Below are positions 1-13,999 of a stretch of 64,000 nt of DNA, piece after piece. The notes below the pieces were generated by a model. The model was not told the origin of the DNA. It did not search any database and saw only the letters and a program-made list of their open reading frames with translations. The number at the start of each line of letters is the position of its first letter. Position 1 is the stretch's first letter. This DNA is from Heteronotia binoei (taxonomy: Eukaryota). The stretch spans positions 18,290,001 through 18,354,000 of the forward strand of contig NC_083227.1 of NCBI RefSeq assembly GCF_032191835.1, given 5' to 3'. Both the position numbers and the translations under genes were made by a program.

Positions 1-3000
1 TGCAAATTAAGATCACCGGCTGCAATAGACCCCGAAACAACTGGGCCACCTTAAACATGAACTTAAGACCGATCTTCCTATAGAACATCCAGCTGAAATA
101 ACTAGAAAATATAAAGATCATTATAGCACATGAAACGGTCTTATGCTTTTATGTTTTTTGTACCTTTTGTATTTTAAGTGTAGTTTTATGTTCCATGTAT
201 GTACATGGATGTGTAAACCGCCATACGCCTGCTTTCGCGGGGAGGGCAGGATATAAATTGAGTAAAATAAATAAAATAAAGGGCAGCTGCTGTAAGAGCT
301 CTCAGCCCCACCTGCCTCACAGGGTGTTTGTTGTTGCGGGGGGGGGTGGGGTGTAGAGAAGGTGGAGGAGATTGTGACCGCTCTGAGATTCAGAGTATAG
401 GGCGGGATATAAATCCAATATCATCTTCTACATGCCATACAACTGACAGACTAAAAACTTTATGCTGAAATAAATGTTTGTTAGTCCATACTGATCCATT
501 GGATTCTGGCTGAGTTAGTTTTTGAGAGAGCTGGACATCATCAGGTAAGAGGCATCGTTTCCCATGTGTGCACAGGAGACTACAGCTCTCCTTTTTGTCT
601 TGATTCTATCGGTTGCTGGCTAGAATGGAAAAGCAAGGCTGTGTACCTTGTTAATGTATGGAATGTTGTTAGCCGCCCTGAGCCGCCTAGGCGGGGAGGG
701 CGGGATACAAATAAAATCTACTACTACTACTACTACTTCAGGGCTGGCACGATTGCCAATTAAGATCCAGTCACACTTCACAATACCAGTGCTTGCATTT
801 CAAGCTCTGAATGGCCAAGTTCCGGTGAAAGCCAGCTGCCCGGCTTTCTGTGAGATCGGGCTCACTGATCACGTAGCGTGTTTTGAAGGCAGCAACGCCG
901 GTTTTTGGCAAGCTTTGGGTGCGTTTCCAATTGCTGCTGCTTCCCTCGAAAGGCCTTCACAATGCAATGTCTGCTTATCTGAACAGCCATTAAACCTGCT
1001 ATGAGTCCTTGTGCGAGTTATGCTCACTCTAGGAGAACAAAACTGAAGTGCTGAGTGAAATACAAGCATGGCATATGAGGGCTGAATCTGACATAAATTA
1101 GACCTTGTTGGGCTGGGCGGGCCATGTCAGGCCAGGCTTTGTATGTACCTATTTAAGGTCAGGTAGCAGAGATATAAACTTTATAAAGAACACAGACAAA
1201 CATAATTAATGTTTTTTTAAAAAAAAATTAAAACATGCTTAAAACTTTAGCACTTGTTGGTCTTAAAAGTGCTTCCTTTGTATTTCCCCCACGGGTTCCA
1301 GGGAACTGGGCAAAGGAAGCTCTGGCTCTTTCCTTCCTTCTCCAGGGGACCGGGAGGGAGAGGAGGCTCAGCCAATAGAAGGAAGATAGGCTTGGCTCAA
1401 TAGCTCTGCATTTGAGAGAGTCTTGCAAAGCAAGCGGTAATGCAGAAGGAAGCAAGAGAGAGGGAGAAGGAAGCAGATGACAGCCAGTTGCTCAGGGGCC
1501 TGATAGGAGCCTGATTCAGCCCCCGGGCTGCATGTTTGACACCCCTGGTGTAGTGGTTAAGAGTCCCTCTAATCTGGAGTGCCAGATTTGTTTTTCTACT
1601 CTTCCTCCACACAAAGCCTGCTGGGTGACCTTAGGCCAGTCCCAGTTCTCTGAACTCTCTCAGTCCCACCCACCTCACAGGGTGCCTGTTGTGGGGAAAG
1701 AAAAGGCAACTAATGATAGGGTTGGCAAGTCTTTCCCACCAAAATGCTAGAGCAAGGCTGGCCAAATTTGCTTATCGTAAAATTTTCTATTTGGGGAATT
1801 ATAACTATGCCTCTCTCTACTCAGCTCCTCCCATTTTCCCGCTGGCCTCCTGTAATTCCCGTAATAAGGTAAATGAGTTTCTTTCATTGTATCTGAAGAA
1901 GTCAATTTTGTCTCATAAATGTTACTACTGAAATAAATGTTATTAGTCTTTAAAGGTGCCACTGAAATTCTGCTTGGTTTTGTTACGACAGACCAACACG
2001 GCTCTCTCTGGCATTGCTCCAGGAAAGCCTACTGAAGGTGTCTTTGCTGGCAGTGGCTAAAGTGGCAGCCTTCTCACACTGAGCCTTTCTATGACTCTCA
2101 CACCTCTGCCACGAGACGCCAGCCAAGGTCTGCAAGATTTCGTCCCATCAGGCCTTCAAGCAGGGTGATGACACGCTTTCTTTTTCAGCAGGACTTCTCT
2201 TAAGAGTGCATTTTTCTGTACAGTTTTTCCCTGTCCCTTTACTGTACAGTTTCTTTTCCTCTCCCTCTAAACACAGCTCAGTATTACATCTGCAGCAGCA
2301 TTTCTGCTAAAGTTGATTCATACGAACTGCAGTTTGCAAATCTTCTTACCCTGGTTCAAAACTAATCAAGGTACCCCAAAAGACCAATGCAGACGGTTAA
2401 CAAGAACTCTCATTCCACTTTAAGAATAAACACTGCCTAGGACATGGCACCGTTAAATTTAATGAGGTTGAGAAATCATTTTAAACATGAAACCTACAGT
2501 TGAAGGCATGTCCCAAAACTTGCACTTATACAGTCTTGGCCAATACAAATCTCTTCAGCTCTGGGCAGGGAACAGTCGTTGAAAGCAAAACAGGTATATA
2601 CAAATGCCGGACTCTAAAAATCAATGAAATGATTCTCAGTGGTTGCATACACTCAGCAAGAGAGGTGGAAAAATACAAGTTCCTAAACAAAACTTATTTT
2701 AAACCAGCAACCAATCAAGACACCACTGCACGAGAGCCAAAACCCATTTTTTCAATTGCCAGTGTCAAATTTTGGGATGCCCAGCTCTTGGGAATAGGCA
2801 GTGAACCAGATCCACATGTGATGGTGGCACTGGATTTTCTGAGGACTAGGATACTGAGAACTATGAAAGGAGTTATCACCCAGGTTTCCCAAGACTCTAT
2901 TTACAGTGTGAACTGGCTGCTAAGCGTAACTGTACCTTTTTGGCACAATGGAAAGATTTTCCTTTGGTGTGGTTTTCTGATGTCCACTCAATACACTGTC

Positions 3001-3047
3001 CCACCATCTAAGCATTTTCGGAAGTTTATAGTCTCTGACCAAGGTCC

Positions 3048-4282
3048 TTACAGTTTCTCCCTAGCATGGATTTTCTGATGTCTAGAAAGATTAGAGGAAC
3101 TAGTGAATGTTTTCTCACACTGTGAGCATTTATATGGCTTCTCTCCTGTGTGAGTCCTCATGTGTTTCTTAAGCCCTTGACTCCACCGGAAGCTTTGCCC
3201 ACACTCTGAACAGATATATGGTTTCTCGCCTGTATGGGATCTTTCGTGTTTAGCAAGCTGTGATCTCTGGATGAAGCTGTTTCCACAGTACGAACACTGA
3301 TACGGCTTTTCTCCTGTATGCGTCCTTCTGTGCGCGGTGAAGTGAGAGCTGGAAATGAAGCACTTGCCACAGTCTGGACACTGGTATGGTTTCTCTCCTG
3401 TATGTGTCCTTTTGTGGGTTGTCAGGTGAGAGCTGTAAGTGAAACATTTGCCACAATCCGAACACTGGTATGGTTTCTCACCCGTGTGGATCCTCTCATG
3501 CTTTCGAAGCTGGCAGCTTGAAATGAAGCTTTTCCCACACTCTGAGCACACGTATGGTTTCTCCCCTGTGTGGGTTCTTGTGTGGGTAATGAGGTCCGAT
3601 TTCTGATTGAAGCTTTTGCCACAGATGGAACATTTATGTGGTCTCTCTCCAGTGTGAGTCCATTTGTGTATAACGAGGTGCCGACTTTGATTGAAGCTCT
3701 CTCCGCAGTCTGGGCATTTATACGGTTTCTCGCCCTTGTGGGTCCCTTCATGTATCACTAGTTGCGGTCTATATCTGAAGCTTTGCCCACAATCTGAGCA
3801 TCTATATGGTTTCTCTCCCGTGTGGACCCTTCTATGCCTTAGAAGGTTACAGCGAGTTCCAAAGCTTTTCCCACACTCAGTGCACTTATATGGTTTTTCT
3901 CCCGTGTGGGTTCTTTCATGTATGAGGCGGCCAATTTTATCACTGAAGGTTTTGCCGCACACTGAGCATTTATAGGGCTTCTCTCCCGTGTGAAACCTCT
4001 CATGGATAATAAGAGACTCTTTACGAGTGAAACTCTTGCCACAGACAGAGCATTTATGTGGCTTCTCCCCCGTGTGGGTTCTCTCATGGATAATCAGGTG
4101 TGCCCTGCAATCAGAGATTTTCCCACAGTATGAGCATTTATATGGTTTCTCTTTCTTGGAGAGATGGTCAGAGGCTGGATGGAGGGTTTTCCCACTGTCA
4201 TAAGTAGTCTTTTTTCTCACAGTATTGCAAGCTTCCTCTTGCAATTCACCTGCTTCGCCAAAATAATATTGTTGCTGGTCTC
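3048..4282 (-). CDS. ZSCAN-A terminal coding exon: linker + 13 tandem C2H2 zinc fingers
   Basis: ORF 3048..4295 has 13 CxxC-x12-HxxxH units, mostly joined by TGEKP. Acceptor ttgcag|GA (AG at 4284-4283) is phase 1, matching the upstream donor. TAA at 3050-3048. Confidence 0.93.
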
Positions 4283-4483
4283 CTGCAACAAGCAAAAATC
4301 ACCATGTAAATTATATCCCACATTAGATGGAAAGGATTCCTGTAGGCATAAATGACATGGCAATCCTTATTTACTTAAGAACTAATATGCACAAGAATGA
4401 GCTCTAAGCCTGCCTCAAGCTAAACTCTGCATAAATCTGGCCCCCTTCCATTTTCTCCATCTTTAGGACTTTCTTTAGGCCTC

Positions 4484-4746
4484 TAAGAACATAAGAGAAG
4501 CCATGCTGGATCAGGCTAATGGCCCATCCAGTACAACACTCTGTGTCACACAGTGGCCAAAAAACTAGGTGCCATCAGGAGGTCCACCAGTGGGGCCAGG
4601 ACACTAGAAGCCCTCCCACTGTTGCCCCCCTCCCACTCCTCAAGCACCAAGAATACAGAACGTCACTGCTCCAGACAGAGTTCCATTAATACCCTGTGGC
4701 TAACAGCCACTGATGAACCTCTGTGTGTTTATCCAGTCACCTCTTT
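4484..4746 (-). mobile_element. CR1 LINE 3' end
   Basis: Reverse complement of the tail ..cctgatccagcatggcttctcttatgttctta; same family as 23104-23578. Confidence 0.75.
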
Positions 4747-5203
4747 TAATTACCCATTGGGTGAAGGAGTGACATCACAGCAATTCAGTCAATAACTTGG
4801 GAAGCACTCACAATCCAAAAAAGCAGCTATAGGTACTAATCCAAACTGTAATGAAATCCAGTGGGGTTGGGGGAAGAGCCACTAGCAATGACTTCTGAGC
4901 TAGCTCAGGCCGGAGGGTAGGCTGAGTGGTCTAGCAGCAGAGGAAAAACGGGAATAAATCATATTGTATTTGACTGATAATAAGGGCAAAGGCCTAACAG
5001 CTCAGAAAGCACATGTGTGGAAGCTGCTAATGAAACCACACTCAATATGTCAGGGTCCCCCATTCTCACAAATATTCCTTCTCACACAGCATTCCCCTTT
5101 CTCCAGCCTCCTTTCCACTTCAGGCAAACCAAGAAGAACTGGTTTGTGTTTTCTTTAGATAAAACTCCAAAGAACTCAAAACAAAAAATGTAACACAATA
5201 TAA

Positions 5204-5454
5204 CAGGGTTGGCCAAACTGTGGCTCAAGAGCCACATGTGGCTGTTCCACCCACATTGTGTGGCTCTTGAAGCTCCCACTGCCCCCTCAGCTGACTTGAA
5301 GAATGCATTTCCAAGTTACTTTCTTTCCACCTCTCCTTCCCTCCTCCCTTCCCTCTTCTATTTCCCTTCCTTCTTTCTGACGTTCATGTCTTCTGGCTCT
5401 CAAATGTCTGATGTTCTATGTGGCTCTTAAGTTAAGCAGGTTTGGCCACCCCTG
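5204..5454. mobile_element. hAT MITE, perfect 8-bp TSD caatataa
   Basis: Ends cagggttggccaaac / tttggccacccctg; TSD at 5196-5203 and 5455-5462. Confidence 0.85.
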
Positions 5455-5870
5455 CAATATAACAATAGACAATATGACAATATTGTCATGTGCCTGCTAA
5501 TGTCATTTGGCATCTGAAATCTCTCCACTTTCCAATATATAGGACAGAGGGACTCACATTCTAGCTGCATCCAAAGAAGTGAGCAGCGACTCACAAAAGC
5601 TCCATCCCCTGTTACGAATTCTGTTCATTGTTAAAGTGCTACTGGACTCTGGCTCTTTTCTGCTGCTTAATACTGAGTCAGACCATTGGTCTGTCAAGGT
5701 CAGTCTTGCTTGCTCTGATTGGCTGCAGTCTCAAGTACAGAGAGGTCTTTCACGTCACCTCCTACCTGAGTGTTTGCAACCGAGATGGAACCAGGGACCT
5801 TCTCCACGCAAATCAATTCCTCTGCCACTGAGCCATGGCCTCTCCCTCAACTAATGTATGTACTTGAATC

Positions 5871-6042
5871 CAGGGGTGGAATTCTAGCAGGAGCTCCTTT
5901 GCATATCAGGCCACCCACCTCTGATGTAGCCAATCCTCCAAGAGCTTACAAAAAAAGGGCCTTGTAAGCTCTTGGAGGATTGGCTACATCAAGGGTGTGT
6001 GGCCTGATATGCAAAGGAGCTCCTGCTAGAATTCCATCCCTG
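5871..6042. mobile_element. Palindromic hAT MITE, perfect 8-bp TSD cttgaatc
   Basis: caggggtggaattctagcaggagctcc.. / ..ggagctcctgctagaattccatccctg. Confidence 0.85.
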
Positions 6043-6829
6043 CTTGAATCTGTTTTAAGCTGACTCTCGGGCCATTGGCATGGCGAGATCAGTACTGACT
6101 AGTCTGACCGGCAGCTGCTATCCAGAGTCTCCAATTGAGGTTTTCCACATCACCTCCCACCTGATTCTTTTAAACTGCCAGGGATTGAACCTGCGACCTT
6201 CTGCATGCCAAACAGACGCTCTACTACTGAGCCACCAAGCTTTTCCCAAGCTCACTTCTTGGTGTTTCCCATTAAAAGCCTGGCAAGGCAGAAGCAGGGT
6301 AGGTCAAAGGCTTGACTTCATGTAAAGCAGCTTCATACTTGAGCGTTCAAAGGTCAGTGTTGCCGCATAAATCACCACCGTAATTCTATTTGCATGCAGA
6401 AAACTGCAGGTTCGGTCCCTGGCCATTCCAGTTTAAAGGATCTCATGGGTGGTGCTGGGGGAAAGTTTTGGGAAAGACTTTCAGTGGATACTCTAAGCAG
6501 CTGCCGCCAGTCCAAGCAGAGCTGGCTGGACCACTAATCAGACTGGATTTAAAGCAGCTTTTGGCTCTGTTTTAAACTCCAGAAAAGGATCTCCGTTGCA
6601 ACCATCCCAGAAAGTTCCAGCGACTAAGGAAGTCCAGACACGGCTGGCCCTAGACTGTCTGGCACCCTAGGCAAGGCTAACCTCTGGCACGCACACCCCG
6701 CCCACACTGACATCACCGTTACATGGGGGGTGCCCAACTTGGCGCCCCTAGAAGGCCAGCGCCCTAGGTGGTCGCCTAGTTCGCCTAGCGGCAGGACCAG
6801 CCATGAGTCCAGGGCAGCCTAACTCTCAC

Positions 6830-6932
6830 CTTCTTGCAAGTTCTCCATTGAGAGCTCAATCTTCACAATGTCCGATGGGTCCAGCTCCGATTTGGGAGAG
6901 TCGGCCATCAAGCCATCCGTGTCCTCCGAGAT
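6830..6932 (-). CDS. ZSCAN-A internal linker exon (ISEDTDGLMADSPKSELDPSDIVKIELSMENLQE-G)
   Basis: Acceptor ccctatttccgtttcag| and donor GAAG|gtgaga. The 103 nt are open, phase 0 in and phase 1 out, joining the SCAN exon to the finger exon in frame (total CDS 2064 nt, 687 aa). Not in the ORF track. Confidence 0.85.
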
Positions 6933-7294
6933 CTGAAACGGAAATAGGGATTTTGTTCATCTCTTCTGGTCTGATCTTTTTTGAAACTTGGAGGGTATTT
7001 TGGGGAGAGGCACTGGATGCTATACTGAAACTTTGGTTCCTCTATCTCAAAAAAGCATGCCCCCTCCCCCCCGCCACAGATACCTGCTGATCAATTCTCC
7101 ATTATACCCTAAGGGAATCGGTCTCCATTTGGAATAATGGAGTGCCCAGCAGATTTCCCTCCCGCCCACCGCTTTCTGGTGACCCTGAAGTGGGGGAAGG
7201 GCCTCCAAACTGGGGGATCCCCTGCCCTCACCTGGGGATTGGCAACCCAATGCTTTGGTGTCTGGTAGGTATGACTGGAGTGAGCTCTTCTCAC

Positions 7295-8020
7295 CTTCTG
7301 CTCTGTTCCATCGGCCTCCGGCGCCTGCCACTGAAAATCCTCCGCAAAGGTCACTGCCTGGGCGCAAGTCTCAGGGCCCCGTTCCCTGACCCAGCACTGC
7401 ATGTCCAGAGGGAGGATCATCAGGAATTGCTCCAGAATCACCAGCTCCAAGATCTGCTCTTTTGTATGCTTCTCTGGCTTCAACCACTGGTGGCAAAGTT
7501 CCCAGAGTTGGCAGAATATCTTTCGGGGGCCCTCCGATTCCTGGTAGCTGAACTGCCTGAAGCGCTGACACCGTAGCTCCAAGTTTGCCATGTCCACTCT
7601 GTCCAGAATCTCTTCTTTCACTTCCATGGGAGAGTCCAGGCTCTTGTAAGCCTCACGGTTTTCTTGCCGACTCAGGCTCTGCTTGGGTTGAGTTGGACCT
7701 TCTCCTCTTGGCCATTGGCCGGCATCACCTCCTTCCTTGGAAGAGCCCCCGAATTCTGTTGTCCTGTTCTCTGACAGGAACTGAGGGCGGGGAGTGCCTG
7801 ACCATCCCGAATATGGAGTCTGTCTTGTTGTCTTCAGGAACTCCTGCCGCTGGACTCCCCAGCTTTGCTGTAGCCCCTCATCAGGTTCTTGTTTAATTTG
7901 AGGTGCGGTCACCCCACTCAGGAACCCCCCAATCATCCCAACTTGGACAATGTGAAGATCTCTGTCTTCCGCTGCCAATCTCTCCCCAGCTTTGGCTTCT
8001 GCCGTGTTCTGCTCCTCCAT
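7295..8020 (-). CDS. ZSCAN-A first coding exon with SCAN domain
   Basis: MEEQ... ORF contains [75 protein letters not shown]. Donor AAG|gtgaga at 7294; acceptor tttctcattcaag| at 8041; 726 nt. Confidence 0.93.
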
Positions 8021-9529
8021 TTTGACTGCTGGCTACAGCCCTTGAATGAGAAAGGAGGGGGGGAAACCAATAAGCTAATCAGGTTTGTTCAATGAACAGA
8101 CGGACGTAGTGCCTCGCAACTGAAGCTCTGTGCCATGGCTTTCACATAAAAATCATCAGTTCATTTAAGTAAGCAGTGAAAAGAGCTACAAGATCTAGCA
8201 AGTACAAATCTATTTCTAAAACAAGTAACAGCTCACTCAGAAACCACACAGAAATCTTGCTCTTCCCACATCCCAGCCCTTAAGGGGGGGAGGGGGAATG
8301 CTGTTTCAAGGAGGGTGTCTCTACTTCCTTCTTAGTATATGCAATGCTGCCACCAGGAATTTAATTCCAACATTTTTATTTAACGTTCCCGACTGAATTG
8401 TGCCGAAGCTCTAAGGCTTCTTCATTGTACCATGTGGCCCTGAGGATGAGACTCTTATAATTTAAAATCACAGGACACAAAGTTAATATAGAACAAAATA
8501 AAACTTTATTTGAACAAGTGTATTGGTTTCAAGATTTTTATAGCTTAATTCATCAATGAATAATAACTTCTAATTGAGGTGACACTCTAGGGTAATTTTG
8601 TAGAAAAAAGAGGTGCCAGTGCTCATTAGCACAACTCATTTGCATATGCCACACACTTCTGATATCACCGGAAGGTGTACTAAATTATATCTCCTCAGCA
8701 TCTACCTTCAAATGCTTTTTGAATTATAACTTTACTCCCATTATACTTTTAACATTACTTTCTCCTGTGTGGCCACAGTGGCATGATGATGATTTCCATC
8801 TGCTTTATATGTTTTGGTTATTTCCCCATTTTTTGTGGGGTGGAAATATTAGAAAGTCTGTCAAATCTTAAAGTTCATCAAAATTCTCACTGAGGATTTG
8901 AACAATGGAGTCCAGAAGCAAGTATGGGGGGGGGGGGGGGAGTAAAAAAAAAGAGAGAGAGAGCAATAAAATTTAGAGGTTCCAGAGCTCCACTTCTGTG
9001 AGCTCCTGCCCAAAATGAGGCCTGCTCTTCATTTTCAAATCCTCCTTTCTCTTCCTAACTCAACTTTCTGACAGTTTCTGTCTCCCACACTTCTATAATA
9101 TCTGCCAGTGTTAGCTTTTGGCTCTCTATCTAGCCCTAATATGTCCTCTAAAGTATTCTGCTTTTCTTCCCTAGAATCTGAATGCCTTCCACAGCACCAT
9201 ATGGGTTTCTAATCAGACGACTGCTGCTTCTCAGACTCTGCAGACTGCTGACTGACCATAACTGACTGTTAACTGCTGTTGCTCTGCTAAGAGTTCCCTG
9301 CTGACTGACTTTTCTTTCTCTCTCCACACACACATCTTAGCTCCACCCACACCTGTTGGTCACCAACCAATCACCTCACAAAGCCATTCCCCATCTTTTA
9401 CCCCCCTTTCTCTACTGCAACTTACCAACAATTAAAGGAACGTACATATCAAAATTCAAATCATTATAGAGAGGTAAACCAGATGAACAGGGAAGAGAGA
9501 AAAAGAGAAAAGCAGACAGAAGCTCCCAT

Positions 9530-10540
9530 TTCCTTCTTGTTGTTTTTGCCAAAAGTCCCCTTGAGCTTATTCTGTAAATTCTCCAGTAATGAAGCTGGGT
9601 CCAGTATGACCCCCAAGGCTCTTCACTGAGTCAGCATGGATTGGATGAACGCCATCAAAAGTGGGAAGTAGAACGTTCTTCAAGATCTCACTTGCCACAA
9701 TTCCGCAGGGCCTGTAAGACAGTACTCTTTAAACAGGCCTTTAACACCTAATGGAGGCGGTCCAGCACTTCACCAACCCATGGTATCGATATTTATCCCG
9801 ACCTTAGACAGAAACATAAGGCGCTTAACAACATCTAAAGATATTACAGCAAGCAGCGCTAATTAAGAATCAATAACAGTGCCATCTAGGGACAAAAATT
9901 GTATATGTATATGTTAAGATGTTTTAATGATTGTTATGATTTTATTGTATCATATTTTGTGTATTTTAATGGTTGTTAGTTGCCCTGAGCACCAACAGGG
10001 GAGGGCGGGATATAAATATAATAAAATAAATCTCTGTCTTCCTAACCCGCATCCCTTCAGTCTTGTCTGGATTCATTTTCAGTTTATCTACTTTCGGCCA
10101 TTTGACCACAGCAATCAGGCAGCGACTTAGGACCACTACTGCATCACCTGACCCAGAAACTGCAACTGATCCAGAATGCAGCTGCACGGGTGCTCACAGA
10201 AACACCCTTTAGACTACATATTCAACCAGTGCTCCACCAATCGCACTGGCTCCAGATGGAAGACCAGATCAGATTCAAGGTTTTGGCGTTAACCTTCAGA
10301 TCCCTAAATGGTCTGGTACCAGCATGCCTTCAGGACCGCCTCTCCCGGTATACCCCTCAGAGAGTGTTGCACTCTAGTGATCAAAACTTGCTGGTGACCC
10401 CTAAGAGCATCCAGCAGTCCTCAGATGGAAGAATGTTCCAACGGCCTGGTGGAACACAATTCCAGCTAAGATCCGGGCCCTGTGGGATCTAATGCAGTTC
10501 CACAGGGCCTGTAAAACAGAGCTGTTCCACTGGGCATTAT
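9530..10540. mobile_element. Cluster of L2 RT/3'-end fragments in both orientations
   Basis: Minus strand: LKMNPDKTE (10031-10170) and SVKSLGVILD (9540-9660). Plus strand: QNAAARVL..HWL..FKVL..FHRACKTELF (10171-10540) and an L2 3' end at about 9690-10028. Confidence 0.7.
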
Positions 10541-11330
10541 GGTTGAGAACAGTGACAGTTTCCATCTTTGATTGGCCTCCCCTTTCTCCTCTTTCCCCCC
10601 TCCCCTTTATAGGCCAGACAGAGTATACACCACTCCTAAGTTTTTACATCATTTTTATTACCATTTCAGTATATTTATTGTATCATATATTGTTAAATAT
10701 TTTATCTATCTATTCCTCCCCTGAGTGGGGAGGGTTACAACATAAAAATGATAACAATAATCACATTAAAAACTTTTTAAAAAATCCATTCCAGTCACAA
10801 AACAATAAAGATGGCAGTCTAATAAACCTCCTATCCCTGGTTCTGTGTAAGAGTTGTTGATATTCAGAAATAAGCAGATCCAAGGGTTCCTGGGTGAACT
10901 AGCTCCCTGTCGATAACCATTGGACAAAACAATTTGGCAGGAAGTCTGAGCAGAAGGGGCCGAATAGTATTGGACGTCCGCTGTCGCAATGAAACACATC
11001 CAGGTCTGATGAAGTATGCATGCATGCAAAATCTTGCATTCTGAATAAAATTTGGTTGGTCTTAAAGGTGCCACTGGACTCCAACTTTGCAGTGAAATGC
11101 AAGTATTGGTTTTATGTATTGAATGCTTTTTATCATGTTACCCACTCAGAGCCTGGACACAGGTAGAGCAGAATACAGATCCAATAAAACTTAAACAGAG
11201 AGCGATAAAGATGGGTGTCATCCACATATTGATGACATCCAGTTCCAAAGCTATGCATGATTCCTCCTAAAGGCTTCATGTAGAAATGGAGTGACATCAG
11301 CCACTAGATTGCACTTTGTGGAACCCTGAT

Positions 11331-12290
11331 CTTGGGTAACACAATCGATTTACAAGGCTGATGGAAGCACGTTTAAAATTTTGTTTCTGTCTTCCAGATG
11401 AGCGTGTGGCAACAGCAGAAAGGAGCTTGAACGCTTTTAAATGGCAGGTGTCAGTCTAGGCCAAACTTCTCGTAACTGAGGCAGTGTTTCCTGGGTATAA
11501 ATGGGTGGCCTGCTCTTTCTAAAAATATTCACTTTACTAAATAAGAAGTGACAGGAACAAAAAAAATATAGCAAAAATAGGAACAAAATGTAATCTTGTG
11601 CAGCCCTCTCACCACAATTTGAGAAGAAATCATCTGTATAATTAAACCCACTCTTAGATATGCTTCCCTGCCTTCCCTCGCTCAAATGGCAAAGAAGAAA
11701 GGATGGACCGGTTTCTCTCTGTTTTTCCAGTGCTGTGAGTACAGAATTTGGGGCAATTGGGCCATTCCAGCAGCTGCAAGTGGAGGAGTGGGGAATCAAA
11801 CCCGGTTCTCCATGCACTTAACCACTATACCAAACTGACTCCCTTGGGTAACACAATCAATTTACAAGGCTGATGGAAGCACATTTAAAATTTTGTTCCT
11901 GTCTTCCAGGTGAGCGTGTCAATAGCAGAAAGCAGCTTGAACGCTTTTAAATGTCAGGTGTCAGTCTAGGCCAACCTTCTCATACCTGAGGCAGAGAGTC
12001 TTTTTTCTAGGTATAACTGATGGCTTTTTCTAAAAATGTTTACTTGCCAAAATAAGAAACAACAGGAATAGAAATTGGCAGAAATAACAGCAACAAAAGT
12101 TAGGAAAAAATAGTCACAAAACACAATCTCATGCAGCTCTCCTACCACAATTTGAGAAGAAATCATCAGTATAATTAAACCTCTCTTAGATACCCTTCCC
12201 TGCCTTCCAGCACTCAAATGGCTGGGGAGAAAGAATGGCGTGGTTTCTCTCTTTTCCCCCCAGTGCTGTGAGTACAGAGTTTAGGGCAAC
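11331..12290. repeat. Local tandem duplication (period about 512 bp) with a SINE fragment between the copies
   Basis: cttgggtaacacaatc..tttacaaggctgatggaagcac starts at 11331 and 11843; similarity continues about 420 bp to cagtgctgtgagtacaga. Confidence 0.85.
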
Positions 12291-13026
12291 CAGGTCTATG
12301 CTCTGGCCTTTGCTGCCTTGAAGAGTGTTATGGGTTTTTTTTCCCAAAGACCATGTACACACGCTGCAATTTAAAGGGGCAACCGCAGCAGCGCATTAAA
12401 AATTGCCCAGCTTAATGGGTTTTGCCCGCATTTGCCAAAATTGCCTACACTTAATGAGCGCCCCATTCTCCTCAGCAGAAATAAAACTGTCAGATCCGAC
12501 AATAGGCGGGTGTCAGGTCTTCGATGCACCCAGGTGTACAGCACATGGTGCAACAAACAGGCAGAGTGCTCAACACTTGGGACCCTTTTTTTTTTACCGA
12601 TCTTACTATTGCTGCCTTCACTGCCTCATCTTCCCCTCTCCTTCATATTTCACAGCTTTCCCTTGGTGGTGCTGAAGGCAAAATAAACAAAAGGCAAAAG
12701 GACAGCCACAGAGAAGATTGCTGGGCTGGGACACGAAGACTGAAGATGCTACTTCCGACTTAAAAGGATGCATCTATTTTTATCAGGAAGTGAAATGTTC
12801 CTGTGAGAGCCCTGCGCTTTGGAATTCAAGCTCCAGAACTCTTGTTTGCTGTTGTCGCTTCCTGTCATGTCCTAGCTGATCTAGGGCAACCCTATAGGGT
12901 TGATTTATAGTTGATTTAGGGCAATCCTATAGGGTTTTAAAGGCAAGAGACAAATGCAGGTGGTTTGCTATTTCCTGCCTCAGCATGCTGACCTTAACTT
13001 CCTTGGTGGACTCCCATCCAAATACT

Positions 13027-13266
13027 CAGGGCTTTTTTTGAGCAGAATGCACAGGAACGCAGTTCTGCCTGGCTTGGCATCAGGAGGTGTGGCCTAATAT
13101 GCAAATGAGTTACTACTACTCCCACAAAAAAGCCCTGTGTGAAACAATGGCGATGTCAGGGGGTGTAGCCTAATATGAGTTCCTACATGAGAACTGTGAT
13201 GTCAGGGGGTGTGGCCTATTTTTTGCAAATGAGCTCCTGCTGGGCTTTTTCTACAAAAAAGGTCTG
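13027..13266. mobile_element. hAT MITE (cagggcttttt family), TSD caaatact/caaatatt
   Basis: 7/8 TSD match. Relatives at 38070-38190, 47474-47560 and 48157-48337. Confidence 0.7.
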
Positions 13267-13999
13267 CAAATATTAACCTTGGTTAGCTTCCAAGATTTGA
13301 TGAGATCGGGCTAGCCTGGGCTATATCCAGGTCAGGGCAGAAGCCTTGTAGTGGCCCGAAATGACAGCTCTGACACTCAAAACAATACAGTTTCAATACT
13401 AATGCAGAAAAGTAAATTTTTGGAACAGAACGGCCACAAACCATAGTAATGCCTTTTATAAAATGAAGGGAGGGGCATGGATTTCCCAACCCTGCTTCTT
13501 CTGTGTCATCACAGCCAAGCGATGCTTTCTGTCCAGCCATATTTTTGACAATCAAAAGCCCCCACCCACCAGCTTCACTAATTCTCTGTCCTATAAAGGG
13601 CTTGCTTCTCAGATTCCTGTGCCATCTTGTAACACAGCAGCTCATGCAACCCGCCCCCCCTTTTGCAAATGATGTTGCAACAGCGCGGTGTGTACAAATC
13701 CCCCTTTCAGAATTATGCTGCAGTGCACACACTGAGAACTTCACTGTTCCATACCTGCATGCATCAGTTCACGCTTGCGAAGTATACTGCAGCGTGCATT
13801 AAAAAAAACACAGACACAACCTTTTGTGATGAAGCACATATCCTGCTGAGTTTCAAATAAAACATCACATTAAAAAAAAAAAAAGATAAAGAGAACAGCC
13901 CCTCCAAAATGCCAACAGCTCCTTAAGGGTCAACAGCAGCAAAATCAATTTTTAAAAATTGAGATTTCGTTTCCCTCTGTCTCGGGCACACACGCACAA

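Noticed and set aside
2500-3078. 192-aa plus-strand ORF
   Set aside because: TTG start, no recognisable domain, antisense to the ZSCAN-A 3' UTR; likely chance.
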